Assembly: GCA_951813565.1 (NCBI GenBank)
Contig: OX638351.1
Location: forward strand, 1,344,001-1,408,000
Source: an uncultured Poribacteria bacterium
Lineage (GTDB): Bacteria > Poribacteria > WGA-4E > WGA-3G
DNA length: 64,000 nt
Direction: 5' to 3'
A model generated the notes under the pieces. That model searched no databases, was not told the DNA's origin, and saw only the letters and a program-made list of their open reading frames with translations. Below are positions 39,268 through 48,585 of this stretch, one piece after another. Positions within the stretch are counted from its first letter, which is position 1; every line of letters begins with the position of its first letter. The position numbers were made by a program, and so were the translations under genes.

Positions 39268-41694
39268 ATGAACGTAACCCTAAATTGGCTAAAGACCTAT
39301 ATCGATTTTGATTTTTCTCCAGATCAACTCGCGGAAAGATTAACGATGTTAGGCATTGAAGTTGAATCTGTCAAACAGCTCGGCGCAGCGTTAGAAGGCG
39401 TAGTTGTCGGCAAAGTAACTTCCATCAGACCACATCCAAATGCTGATAAACTTGTGCTTTGTCAGGTAGATATTGGTGAGACGGACGCACTTCAGATTGT
39501 TTGCGGTGCGCCGAACGTGTGTGAAGGAATGTTTGCACCTGTCGCAACAATCGGCACAGAATTACTGACCGGTATTACAATCAAACGTGCTAAATTGCGT
39601 GGAGAAGAATCGCACGGTATGCTCTGTTCAGAGAAAGAGTTGGGTTTAGCGGCGCAGCTTGCAAGCGCATATTCTAAGTCTGATGAAGCCGCAGGACTCA
39701 TGGAATTATCTTCTGATTTATCCATTGGCTCGTCACTTACTGAAGCGTTAGGTTTAGACGATGTGGTATTTGAATTAGAGATAACACCGAACCGTCCGGA
39801 CTGTCTCAGTATGATGGGTGTTGCCCGCGAAATACGCGCTGAAACAGGTAACGACTTGAAATTGCCACAAATTGACCTACAAGAAAGTGAAGCGGACATA
39901 AACAAACGGACATCCGTAACAATTGATGCGCCTGAATTGTGCCCACGTTATGCAGCGCGTGTAATCCGTGGTGTTAAGATCGGGGAATCGCCTACATGGC
40001 TAAAACAGCGGCTTGAATCTATCGGTGTAGGTGTTATTAACAATATCGTGGATGTTACTAACTTTGTCTTGATGGAATATGGGCAACCGCTGCACGCCTT
40101 TGATTATCACAAACTTGCTGAAAATCGTATTGTCGTGCGCTGTGCAGCAGAAGGCGAACAGATTACAACGCTTGATGAAGAGGAACGCAACCTGACTCCC
40201 GATATGTTAGTTATCGCAGATGCAGAAAAGCCTGTGGCACTTGCAGGGATTATGGGTGGCTATGACTCTGAAATCACTGAGACAACATGTGATGTGCTAC
40301 TGGAAAGCGCCAATTTCCAACCGTCAAGCGTCCGAGCAACCGCAAAAGCATTGGGAATACACACTGAGGCATCATATAGATTTGAACGTGGTGCGGATCC
40401 GGAGGCTGTTATTCCCGCGCTTGACCGTGCAGCACAAATGATTGTGGAATTAGCAGGCGGCACCGTCTGTAAAGGTATTATCGATGTCTATCCGGGTAAA
40501 AGTGAACTACTACAGATTCAACTTCGTTCCGAACGCGCCAATTTCATATTGGGAACCACGCTTGAAGCAGATGAGATAAAACAGATTTTAAGTCGGTTAG
40601 GGTTTGGTGTGGAAGCATTACAATCAGAGGAAAATGTCTATCAGGTCACCGTCCCATCGTTCCGATCAGATATTACACGTGAAATTGATCTGATTGAAGA
40701 AATTGCACGTGTCCACGGTTATGATAACATCCCGACAACGCTACCAAAGGGCGACATTCCTATCCCCGTGCCAAACATCTCAGCAGAAGTTCGTAAACGG
40801 ACAAAGCATTTCCTACTTGGATCCGGCATGATGGAGGCTATCAATTATAGTTTCAGCCATCCAAACTGTTTTGATAGGATACGGTTAACAGCAGGCAATC
40901 CGCTTCGCCAAGCACTACAACTGAAAAACCCGTTGAGTCCAGAGATGTCAGTACTTCGCACTACGTTGTTGCCGAGTCTGCTTAATAATGCACAGCACAA
41001 TCACAATCATCAGATAAATAATATTGCATTCTTTGAACTGTCTACCGTGTTCATCCAAGGCAAAGAGCCAGAACGCATTGCTGGTATCCTTGCAGGGGAG
41101 ATTGGCGGTGGTGTCTACGGCAATCCGTATCGTCATCCAGACTTCTTTGACGTTAAGGGTATTGTTGAAAGTATGCTTGAAGTCTGCGGTATTACCGATT
41201 ATTCGTTTAAGAAAACGGAAGATCCAACTTTCCACCCAGGTCGTAACGCAGAGGTGTTGTTGGATAAAAAACGCATCGGTATCCTTGGAGAGGCACACCC
41301 GAAAGTGCTGGAAAGTTATGAGTTGCCTTACAAAGCGTATCTCTTTGAACTTGACCTTGAAGCATTAGCGGGCGCAGCCGATTTTTCCAAACGTTTTGAA
41401 CCGATCCCAATCTATCCCAGCGTGCTACGTGATCTCGCCATTGTTGTAGATAAAAATATGCAGTCGGATGTGCCGATAGCGTTTATCTATTCCACAGGGG
41501 GAGAATTGGTTGAATCGGTCCGACTCTTTGACGTATACGTTGGGGATCAGGTGCCGGAAGGTAAAAAGAGTCTTGCTTACACGATCACATATCACTCTGC
41601 AACTGAAACCTTGACGGATAAAGCGGTTAACGATCTCCACGACAAGGTTGTCAAACGACTGAATCAAGAACTTGGTGCAGAGTTAAGAATGTAA
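39268..41694 (+). CDS. pheT: Phenylalanine-tRNA ligase beta subunit
   Basis: HPNADKL, ITPNRPD, ASYRFERG, DLIEEIAR, FDX-ACB C-terminus. Confidence 0.97.
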   Translation: MNVTLNWLKTYIDFDFSPDQLAERLTMLGIEVESVKQLGAALEGVVVGKVTSIRPHPNADKLVLCQVDIGETDALQIVCGAPNVCEGMFAPVATIGTELLTGITIKRAKLRGEESHGMLCSEKELGLAAQLASAYSKSDEAAGLMELSSDLSIGSSLTEALGLDDVVFELEITPNRPDCLSMMGVAREIRAETGNDLKLPQIDLQESEADINKRTSVTIDAPELCPRYAARVIRGVKIGESPTWLKQRLESIGVGVINNIVDVTNFVLMEYGQPLHAFDYHKLAENRIVVRCAAEGEQITTLDEEERNLTPDMLVIADAEKPVALAGIMGGYDSEITETTCDVLLESANFQPSSVRATAKALGIHTEASYRFERGADPEAVIPALDRAAQMIVELAGGTVCKGIIDVYPGKSELLQIQLRSERANFILGTTLEADEIKQILSRLGFGVEALQSEENVYQVTVPSFRSDITREIDLIEEIARVHGYDNIPTTLPKGDIPIPVPNISAEVRKRTKHFLLGSGMMEAINYSFSHPNCFDRIRLTAGNPLRQALQLKNPLSPEMSVLRTTLLPSLLNNAQHNHNHQINNIAFFELSTVFIQGKEPERIAGILAGEIGGGVYGNPYRHPDFFDVKGIVESMLEVCGITDYSFKKTEDPTFHPGRNAEVLLDKKRIGILGEAHPKVLESYELPYKAYLFELDLEALAGAADFSKRFEPIPIYPSVLRDLAIVVDKNMQSDVPIAFIYSTGGELVESVRLFDVYVGDQVPEGKKSLAYTITYHSATETLTDKAVNDLHDKVVKRLNQELGAELRM

Positions 41695-41729
41695 TACCAT
41701 TTCTGAATAATTGCTTTTTGTTAACAAAA

Positions 41730-41865
41730 ACGCGTTTGTAGTCGCGCAATTCATTGCGCCTCGGACATTTACTCTCAGATTTGTGGTTAGCAGACTCACG
41801 CGTTTGTAGTCGCGCAATTCATTGCGCCTCGGACATTTACTCTCAGATTTGTGGTTAGCAGACTC
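41730..41865 (+). repeat. Perfect 68-bp tandem duplication containing a GTAG-type REP
   Basis: 41730-41797 is identical to 41798-41865. Confidence 0.9.
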
Positions 41866-41879
41866 AGTTAAAAACTATT

Positions 41880-42581
41880 ATGCACGCGCACCGTATAAAA
41901 AACCTATTTTCAGCCATTGCACGTCACTACGATTTTCTCAACTCGTTGTTGAGTCTCCGATTTGATCGGGGATGGCGAAGGGAAACAGTCAAAGCGAGCA
42001 GTGTAACCCCAACAAGCAAGGTGCTTGATGTTTGCACAGGTACAGGTGAACTTGCACTTGCGTATGCCGATAAAATAGGTGCGGATGGTTCAGTGATCGG
42101 TTCTGATTTCTGCTTTGAGATGTTAGTTGTCGGTAAGCAAAAGGTAGAACGGCAGGATCGGACGCACGCCTTTGTCCCGATTGAAGCGGATACGCTCACC
42201 CTCCCGTTTTCAGACAACACTTTTGACATTGTCTCTGTCGGTTTTGGTATCCGAAACGTTTCCGACCTTGAATTGGGCATCCAAGAGATGACAAGAGTCG
42301 CTGTACCGGGTGGTAGAATTGCCATATTAGAATTTACGCAGCCTGTCAATCCGGTATTTCGTAGTCTCTACTATTTCTATTTTACAAAGATTTTACCTTT
42401 TATAGGCAATTGCATTTCGCGCAGCAAAGACGATGCGTACGGTTATCTTCCCCGTTCCGTCATGCAGTTTCCGAATTGTGATGCATTGAAAGTAGTTATG
42501 GAGCAGTGCGGATTGACAGATGTCCAGTATTTTCGGAAAACGTTAGGCATCGTTGCAATTCATGTTGGTGAAAAGGCATAG
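41880..42581 (+). CDS. ubiE: Demethylmenaquinone/ubiquinone methyltransferase (UbiE/MenG)
   Basis: FSAIARHYDFLN, LDVCTGTG, FGIRNV, AYGYLPRSV. Confidence 0.9.
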   Translation: MHAHRIKNLFSAIARHYDFLNSLLSLRFDRGWRRETVKASSVTPTSKVLDVCTGTGELALAYADKIGADGSVIGSDFCFEMLVVGKQKVERQDRTHAFVPIEADTLTLPFSDNTFDIVSVGFGIRNVSDLELGIQEMTRVAVPGGRIAILEFTQPVNPVFRSLYYFYFTKILPFIGNCISRSKDDAYGYLPRSVMQFPNCDALKVVMEQCGLTDVQYFRKTLGIVAIHVGEKA

Positions 42582-42614
42582 ATTTGTCTTGAAAATATAT
42601 TTATAGGAGAAACT

Positions 42615-43751
42615 ATGAAAACTTTGCTAAAGTTTTTTACTCTCATAGTAGTAGGAATACTCGCTGTTTATATGGTTGGTTGTGGAGAACGTGCTGAAGA
42701 TGATGACGTTGAAGCTGCCCACTTGATGCGTGCAAACCCAACACCCGGTAGCACAATTGCTGCGAATAGCACTATTACCGTGACTTTTGACAAAGACCCT
42801 GGCAGTGTGGAAGTGAATGTAGGTGCCGCCACAACATCTGGCGCAACAGTCACAATTACAGGACCATTCCAACAAGGGCAATTTACCTTGACACTTACTT
42901 GGGAGGGTGGAACCCGAGATTTAACATACATAGTAGGCACTTCCGAACCGCTTGACGTTGAGCCTGAGCAGATCCCTGAACTTGAACCCGTTGCACCTGA
43001 AGGGATGGTGCTGATACCTGAAGGAGAATTTCAGATGGGAAGTGAAGATGGTGACGCTGATAACGATGAACAACCGGAGCATGCCGTTTATATTGATGCT
43101 TTTTATATTGATGAAAATGAAGTAACCAACGCACAATTTAAGGACTTTGTTCTTGCTAACCCTGAATGGCAGAAAAACCGCATTGATGAAAAATTCCAAA
43201 ATGGCAATTATCTGCACGATTGGAATGGCAATAATTATCCTGACGAGGAAGGTGAGCATCCAGTGCGTTACGTCAGTTGGTATGCCGCAATGGCTTACGC
43301 AGTATGGGTAGATAAACGTCTACCGACAGAAGCGGAATGGGAGAAGGCAGCACGCGGTGGACTAAAAGGGAAAAAATATCCGTGGGGCAATCAGATTAAC
43401 TTAGCAGATGCCAACTACGGTAAAAATATCGGACATACGACACCTGTTGGTAAATACCTTCCGAATGACTACGGCGTTTATGACATGGCAGGGAATGTGT
43501 GGGAGTGGTGTTTAGACGCATATCAGAGCGACTTCTATGCAAATTCTCCAAAGCGAAATCCTGTTGCAGGTGCTGACAACGTTGCGGAAATTGTAAACGA
43601 CTTTAAGAATCTTGTAACTGATCGTGTCCTACGTGGCAGTGGATGGAACGGTAATCCAGAGTGGTTACGCGCCGCAAATCGCTATGGGGATAGTCCTGCT
43701 TATGCGGGGATTGGTGCACTTGGATTTCGTTGTGCAAAGGATGTTGAATAG
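42615..43751 (+). CDS. Lipoprotein with Ig-like and FGE-sulfatase (SUMF1) domains
   Basis: MVGC lipobox, EVTN, RLPTEAEWEKAARGG, DMAGNVWEW, GFRC. Confidence 0.88.
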   Translation: MKTLLKFFTLIVVGILAVYMVGCGERAEDDDVEAAHLMRANPTPGSTIAANSTITVTFDKDPGSVEVNVGAATTSGATVTITGPFQQGQFTLTLTWEGGTRDLTYIVGTSEPLDVEPEQIPELEPVAPEGMVLIPEGEFQMGSEDGDADNDEQPEHAVYIDAFYIDENEVTNAQFKDFVLANPEWQKNRIDEKFQNGNYLHDWNGNNYPDEEGEHPVRYVSWYAAMAYAVWVDKRLPTEAEWEKAARGGLKGKKYPWGNQINLADANYGKNIGHTTPVGKYLPNDYGVYDMAGNVWEWCLDAYQSDFYANSPKRNPVAGADNVAEIVNDFKNLVTDRVLRGSGWNGNPEWLRAANRYGDSPAYAGIGALGFRCAKDVE

Positions 43752-43947
43752 TTCGCGATACTATAGTGGATTATAAAATTGAGTGGACATTTTCTTAGAA
43801 TTTGTAGTGTTTGTAGTCGCGCAATTCATTGCGCCTCTTACATTAATCGGTAGTCGAGGTCTTCTAACCTCGACTGTTCACAGTATTTAACGCTCTTCCC
43901 GTCAAATCCCCATGCTTTAGCTTGTGGGATGTAGACAGGAAAAAACC

Positions 43948-43976
43948 TTGACATTGAAATGAAACCCTGATATACT
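43948..43976 (+). promoter_or_regulatory. Near-consensus sigma70 promoter of tnpB
   Basis: TTGACA-17 bp-TATACT; identical in element B. Confidence 0.8.
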
Positions 43977-44059
43977 AATTAGACCGTTCAGTGGTAGTTG
44001 TTGTAGCAGCTGCCACACCACTACAATGGGAAACGGACTCTTCATAGAAACGGCATATC

Positions 44060-45170
44060 ATGAGAAAAACCTATAAATATAAGATACAAAATCAAAAGAA
44101 CACACAAACTTGGCAACCTGCTTGACGACATGCACCAGATACATGTGCATATTATGCGCTTGCAGCGTAGGTATTACCGTCTGTTTGGTAAAAATATATC
44201 TGCTTACACAATGACCAGACATATTACGAAGTTGAAAAAGCGAACAAAATCGCAGTGGAAGTCGTTGCCAAGCCAAGTTGTTCAAGATGTTGTGTTGCGT
44301 ATGGGAAAAGCCTACGATGCGTTTTTCAGAAATATAGAAGAGCGCAAAGCAGGCAAAACGACAAAGAAAGTTGGCAAACCTCATATCAAGCCTCAACACA
44401 AATATAACTCTATGACCTTTACACAAGCAGGATACAAACTTGAAGGGAACCGTATCAAGATCACCTGTATAGACACGTGGTTTTCTTTTCATAAACATCG
44501 TGAAATCATAGGTAACATCAAAACAATAACTATCAAACGTGATATGTGCGGAGATTACTGGATATGCTTCAGTTGTGATAATGTTGACGATACCGAACCG
44601 ATGCCCAAGACAGGTAAGAGCGCAGGGTTTGACTTCGGACTGAAAACATTTCTCACAGGTTCTGATGGTAGCAAGATAGAGGCGCCGCAGTTTTTGAAAC
44701 AGTCCTTGAACAAGTTGAGAACCCTGAACAAAAACTTGAGCCGTAAAGTTTTCAAATCTAATAGCTGGTATCGTGCCAAGCGCGCAATAGCACGGCAACA
44801 CAGAAAAATAGCACGGCAACGCAAAGATTGGCACTGGCAACTTGCTACTCAACTTTGTGCCGAATACGATACATTGTGCTTTGAAACGCTCAACATTGAC
44901 GGCATGAAAAGACTTTGGGGCAGAAAAATATCTGACCTCGCTTTCTACCAATTTATTGAGATTTTGAAATATAAATCTATCAAACATGATCGTCAATTCC
45001 TACAAGTTGGGCAGTGGACTGCTACGACAAAGCCTTGTTCGGACTGTGGACATCATAACAAAAAACTTGAACTCAACGATAGACAGTGGCTATGTCCTCA
45101 ATGTGACGCTCTCCACGATAGAGACATAAACGCTGCTATAAACATATGTCAAGCAGGGATAGCTGCTTGA
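44060..45170 (+). pseudogene. tnpB: TnpB, frameshifted by loss of one AC unit near 44100-44106
   Basis: RuvC D/E/D (GFDFG, FETL, HDRD) and Zn finger present; aacacacaaa here versus aacacacacaaa in element B. Confidence 0.8.
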
Positions 45171-45284
45171 GGGTGGAGACAATGTCCGACGGGTTATCTC
45201 TCAGAGATAAACGCTGTTGTCTAAGAAACCGAAGCCCCTACCTTGAGGGAGTGGGTGCTATCACATAATCGTAAAACCTACTAT
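45140..45284 (+). ncRNA. Predicted omegaRNA/reRNA of TnpB element A (boundaries approximate)
   Basis: Position at the tnpB 3' end and right end with hairpins; predicted guide is the flank starting at 45265. Confidence 0.55.
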
Positions 45285-45288
45285 TCAT

Positions 45289-46227
45289 TTAGCTGTTCAA
45301 ACGTTCCACATGTGCCACAACAGATTCAGAAATACCTTCTAAGCTATACCCACCCTCCAATGCGGAAACGACATTGCCCGATGCAATCTCCTCTGCAACA
45401 TCAAGAACCAGATCGGTTAACTTCGCAAATCCTTCTGCAGTTAAGTCAATGTGAGCGAGTGGATCAAGATAGTGTGCATCGAATCCAGCGGATATCAGGA
45501 TAAACTCAGGCGAAAAATCTCTTAATGCGGGTCCGAGAACATCTTCAAAGACGGCAATGTATTCACTGTCGCCACTTCCGGGCGGCATCGGCACGTTTAG
45601 TATAGTGCCGCGTGCTTTGCCGCTGCCTTGTTCGTTTCTTGAACCGGTGCCGGGGTAAAGTGGGGATTGGTGAATAGAAAAGAAGAAAACCGATTCGTCT
45701 TCGTAAAAAATGTCTTGTGTGCCGTTGCCGTGATGCACATCCCAATCCACGATTGCAACCTTCCCCACGCTATGTTCCCGTTGAAGATAACGTGTTGTTA
45801 CGGCTATGTTATTGAACAGACAGAAACCCATGCTTTGCCCTGGAGTAGCGTGGTGTCCTGGCGGACGCACCATCGCAAAAGCGTTTTTTACTTTCTTTGT
45901 TACCACTGCCTCTGCTGCACATAACACCCCACCCGTTGAAAGAAGCGCAATATCAAAGGATTCTTGCACGACAGGCGTGTCGTAGGTAAGCGGAACTGCC
46001 GACTCACAGGACTGACGAATATGTTCGCTGTAGCCGGGGTTGTGCGCGTAAGCGATCTGCTCAACGGTCGCGGGTATCGGGTCAATATGGTGCAGTTGCT
46101 TCCACACATCGCTTTGTTGGAGTGCGGCGAGGCTGGCTCTGAGTCGGTCAGGTCGTTCTGGGTGTTCGGGACCTGTGTCGTGGTTTAGATAGTCTGGGTG
46201 ATAGACGAATGCAGTTTTTTGTGGCAT
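45289..46227 (-). CDS. Histone deacetylase family protein
   Basis: HPERPDRL, RPPGHHA, GFCLFNN, DWDVHHGNGTQ, SAGFDAH, LEGGY. Confidence 0.93.
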   Translation of the reverse strand: MPQKTAFVYHPDYLNHDTGPEHPERPDRLRASLAALQQSDVWKQLHHIDPIPATVEQIAYAHNPGYSEHIRQSCESAVPLTYDTPVVQESFDIALLSTGGVLCAAEAVVTKKVKNAFAMVRPPGHHATPGQSMGFCLFNNIAVTTRYLQREHSVGKVAIVDWDVHHGNGTQDIFYEDESVFFFSIHQSPLYPGTGSRNEQGSGKARGTILNVPMPPGSGDSEYIAVFEDVLGPALRDFSPEFILISAGFDAHYLDPLAHIDLTAEGFAKLTDLVLDVAEEIASGNVVSALEGGYSLEGISESVVAHVERLNS

Positions 46228-46246
46228 GTGTTTGATTTCTCCTATA

Positions 46247-47347
46247 TCAACCCCGTAATCGTCTAACCCGAGCAGGTGTATCATCACCCCGAATCTCAGA
46301 CGAAAGAATACGAAGGTTTCGGTTTTCAACCGGTAATTCTACCTTTACGCCGCCACGCCGATGCGATTCTCGGAGTGCAATAGCAACCTCTAAAGCCTCA
46401 CGTCCATCTTCACCTGAACATTTTGGCGAACCTCCGTTTTCAATGGCGTTGATAATGTCGTCAACAATGGTTAACCCCATCCCTTGCATCCGCACGGGCC
46501 ACGGGAACGGACACGTCGCAGGCACACCGCGTCCACGCCTGCCACCCGGAACCATACGGATTAACTCGAACGTTTCAGCATTGTTAATTGAGCGGATACG
46601 TCCCGTTGTGCCAATAACATCTACCTCCCACGGTGCAGCACCACACGCTGTGCTTCGAAGATATGCTCGGACACCGTTATCAAATACCATGTAGCCGTTT
46701 CCCATCAAGTCGTTTTCACCTGCGGCGGCTTCATCGGACTGCATCTCACCGAAAACCCATTCCACATTTCCGCCCGCCATATAGCGTAGAATATCAATGG
46801 CATGGCTACCATTATGTGAGAGACCACACTGTGCGTAAACAGTAACCTGCAGCACATTACCGATTTCCCCTTCGTCAATGAGTTTTCTTGCTTCGCTAAA
46901 GAAAGGATTCCAACGTCTTGCACAATTGATTGCTATTACCACACCGTTTTCTTGACAGACATCCACCATTGTATCCGCTTCGGCAAGACTCAGCGAAATC
47001 GGTTTTTCTGCCCAGATACCTTTGACACCAGCACGCGCCACATCTTGCACAATAGTTGATCTAACCCGTGCTGTTGTGCAAATGCTGACAATATCAAGGT
47101 TTTCCTTCTCTAACATTTCTTGATAATCGTTATAGATATGTTCCGAACTGAGTCCCCAACGTTCACCGAAAATTGAGGCTTGTTCAGCATGTAGGTCGGC
47201 GCCTGCGACCAATTCTGTTTTCGGTGATGCGTCATAACTTGGGGCATGACAGTAAGGCAGAAAGAGTGAACCTCCCTGCGTAATTTCATCGTCAAAGGTG
47301 CTCCCCATCCGTCCTAAACCGATTACGCCTGCACGATAAGTTGACAT
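46247..47347 (-). CDS. Gfo/Idh/MocA family oxidoreductase
   Basis: GVIGLGRMG, AEKP, HNGSHAID. Confidence 0.88.
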   Translation of the reverse strand: MSTYRAGVIGLGRMGSTFDDEITQGGSLFLPYCHAPSYDASPKTELVAGADLHAEQASIFGERWGLSSEHIYNDYQEMLEKENLDIVSICTTARVRSTIVQDVARAGVKGIWAEKPISLSLAEADTMVDVCQENGVVIAINCARRWNPFFSEARKLIDEGEIGNVLQVTVYAQCGLSHNGSHAIDILRYMAGGNVEWVFGEMQSDEAAAGENDLMGNGYMVFDNGVRAYLRSTACGAAPWEVDVIGTTGRIRSINNAETFELIRMVPGGRRGRGVPATCPFPWPVRMQGMGLTIVDDIINAIENGGSPKCSGEDGREALEVAIALRESHRRGGVKVELPVENRNLRILSSEIRGDDTPARVRRLRG

Positions 47348-47442
47348 CTTATCTCCTCCCAGAAAAGAAAAATATTAGTATTCGTCTGTAGGCGCACTTT
47401 GAAAACGCGCCTACCGCAGTGTATAGTAAGGTGTGAATTTTA

Positions 47443-48072
47443 CTAAGTATGTATTTTCTCGTAGACAAAGTCCAGCCATCTGTTTTGTGGAGACACAATT
47501 TCGGGTTTCGGTGAAAGTGGTGTCCAAAAAGGTTGAAAAATATGACCCCTATCGCTTTTCAATTCCCATATATCCTCTGTTTCTTCAGTTGTGCTCAATC
47601 GGAAGAAATGTCTCGTTTTTTGTTTACCCAAGTTTTTGTTCGGCACCCATCCCGATATATTATAGGCAACATAAGACGGATTGGGAAATTTATCATATTC
47701 AAAATATGTAACGTGAGTGAAGTCTTTATAGGTGGAATGGTGCTCCACAGTAAGTCCTCTGGTTAGCTTGTCTTTGTAAGGAATTGCGTTTAAATCGGGT
47801 TTGATATAGACCTTGGTTGTTTGTGTTATTATCCGTTCTTGTTCGTCTAATTCGTTTTCAATACAACCGAGATATTTTTCAATTTTTACGTTCTGTAGTC
47901 CGGTTTCTTCATGTGCCTCTCTCTTTACCGCAGTTTCAATATTTTCACCGACTTCAACTGTACCTGCAGGGATTTGGATGCCAGCGGTAGGGTGTTTGAA
48001 TACAAGCAACGCGTTGACTCCATTTCTTTCTTGTGTGATAAATGCGGTGACCTTTTCAATGGATTTGCACAT
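47443..48072 (-). CDS. NUDIX hydrolase
   Basis: PAGTVEVGENIETAVKREAHEETGL Nudix box. Confidence 0.85.
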   Translation of the reverse strand: MCKSIEKVTAFITQERNGVNALLVFKHPTAGIQIPAGTVEVGENIETAVKREAHEETGLQNVKIEKYLGCIENELDEQERIITQTTKVYIKPDLNAIPYKDKLTRGLTVEHHSTYKDFTHVTYFEYDKFPNPSYVAYNISGWVPNKNLGKQKTRHFFRLSTTEETEDIWELKSDRGHIFQPFWTPLSPKPEIVSPQNRWLDFVYEKIHT

Positions 48073-48126
48073 TTGTATATCTCTTAAGGTTTTTAAAGAT
48101 GCTGTCTGGGTTGGGAGGCAGCATGA

Positions 48127-48585
48127 TTACAAAACAGAATCAGCATATAGCGAGGAACTCGGTCCACGAATGCCGTTTTGCGCCAATCTTCTTTGATATC
48201 TAATATTTTTCCTAATTGCTGGGTCAGTCCTTCCACTGGAAACCTAATGGTATGAACTTAGCTCTTTCAAATTTTCAAGATTTCTTCCTGAAGATTCAAG
48301 CCATTGTCTTAACCACATAAATTTCTTTACGATATTTTCAACTTCACTCGCTTTTCCCTGATGAACTTCAACATAGCAAATCTTATGCTTATAGCCAAAA
48401 ACATAGTCCCAACGGGATGCATTTGGATATACGTTTTTTAGACAGGTATCTATATCAACGCTACCTACCAAAGCTCTTTTCGTAAGTGCTTTAATCTTAT
48501 TACTGTTTCTGCCAAGTGCTTGTAATCCATCTTTTAGGCAGTTTTTAATTTCTGGTATATTTTTAACGGCATCGCGAAAATTCAC
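48127..48585 (-). pseudogene. Small putative PD-(D/E)XK-like nuclease partner of the ATPase, with in-frame TAG at 48244-48246
   Basis: RWDY...YVEVH...KK motif; frame continues past TAG (VSSGRTDP...) to TAA at 48127; start overlaps the ATPase stop. Confidence 0.55.

Larger units (their letters stand above)
43891..45264 (+). mobile_element. IS605/IS1341-type TnpB-only element A
   Basis: Preceded by TTTAA; left-end hairpin shared with element B; right-end hairpin aagcccctacc..gtggg ending in TCAC. Confidence 0.8.

Noticed and set aside
41730..41865. Possible CRISPR array
   Set aside because: Two identical adjacent units with no unique spacers and no cas genes in the window.
44058..44996. 312-aa minus-strand ORF
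   Set aside because: Antisense shadow of tnpB with no recognisable motifs; same for 59250-59756.
42615..45170. Complete DGR, or functional coupling of the FGE protein with TnpB
   Set aside because: No reverse transcriptase or template repeat; TnpB lies within its own IS ends.
48244..48246. Stop-codon recoding (pyrrolysine or alternative code)
   Set aside because: TAG terminates conserved genes here (for example rpmI), so a nonsense mutation is simpler.
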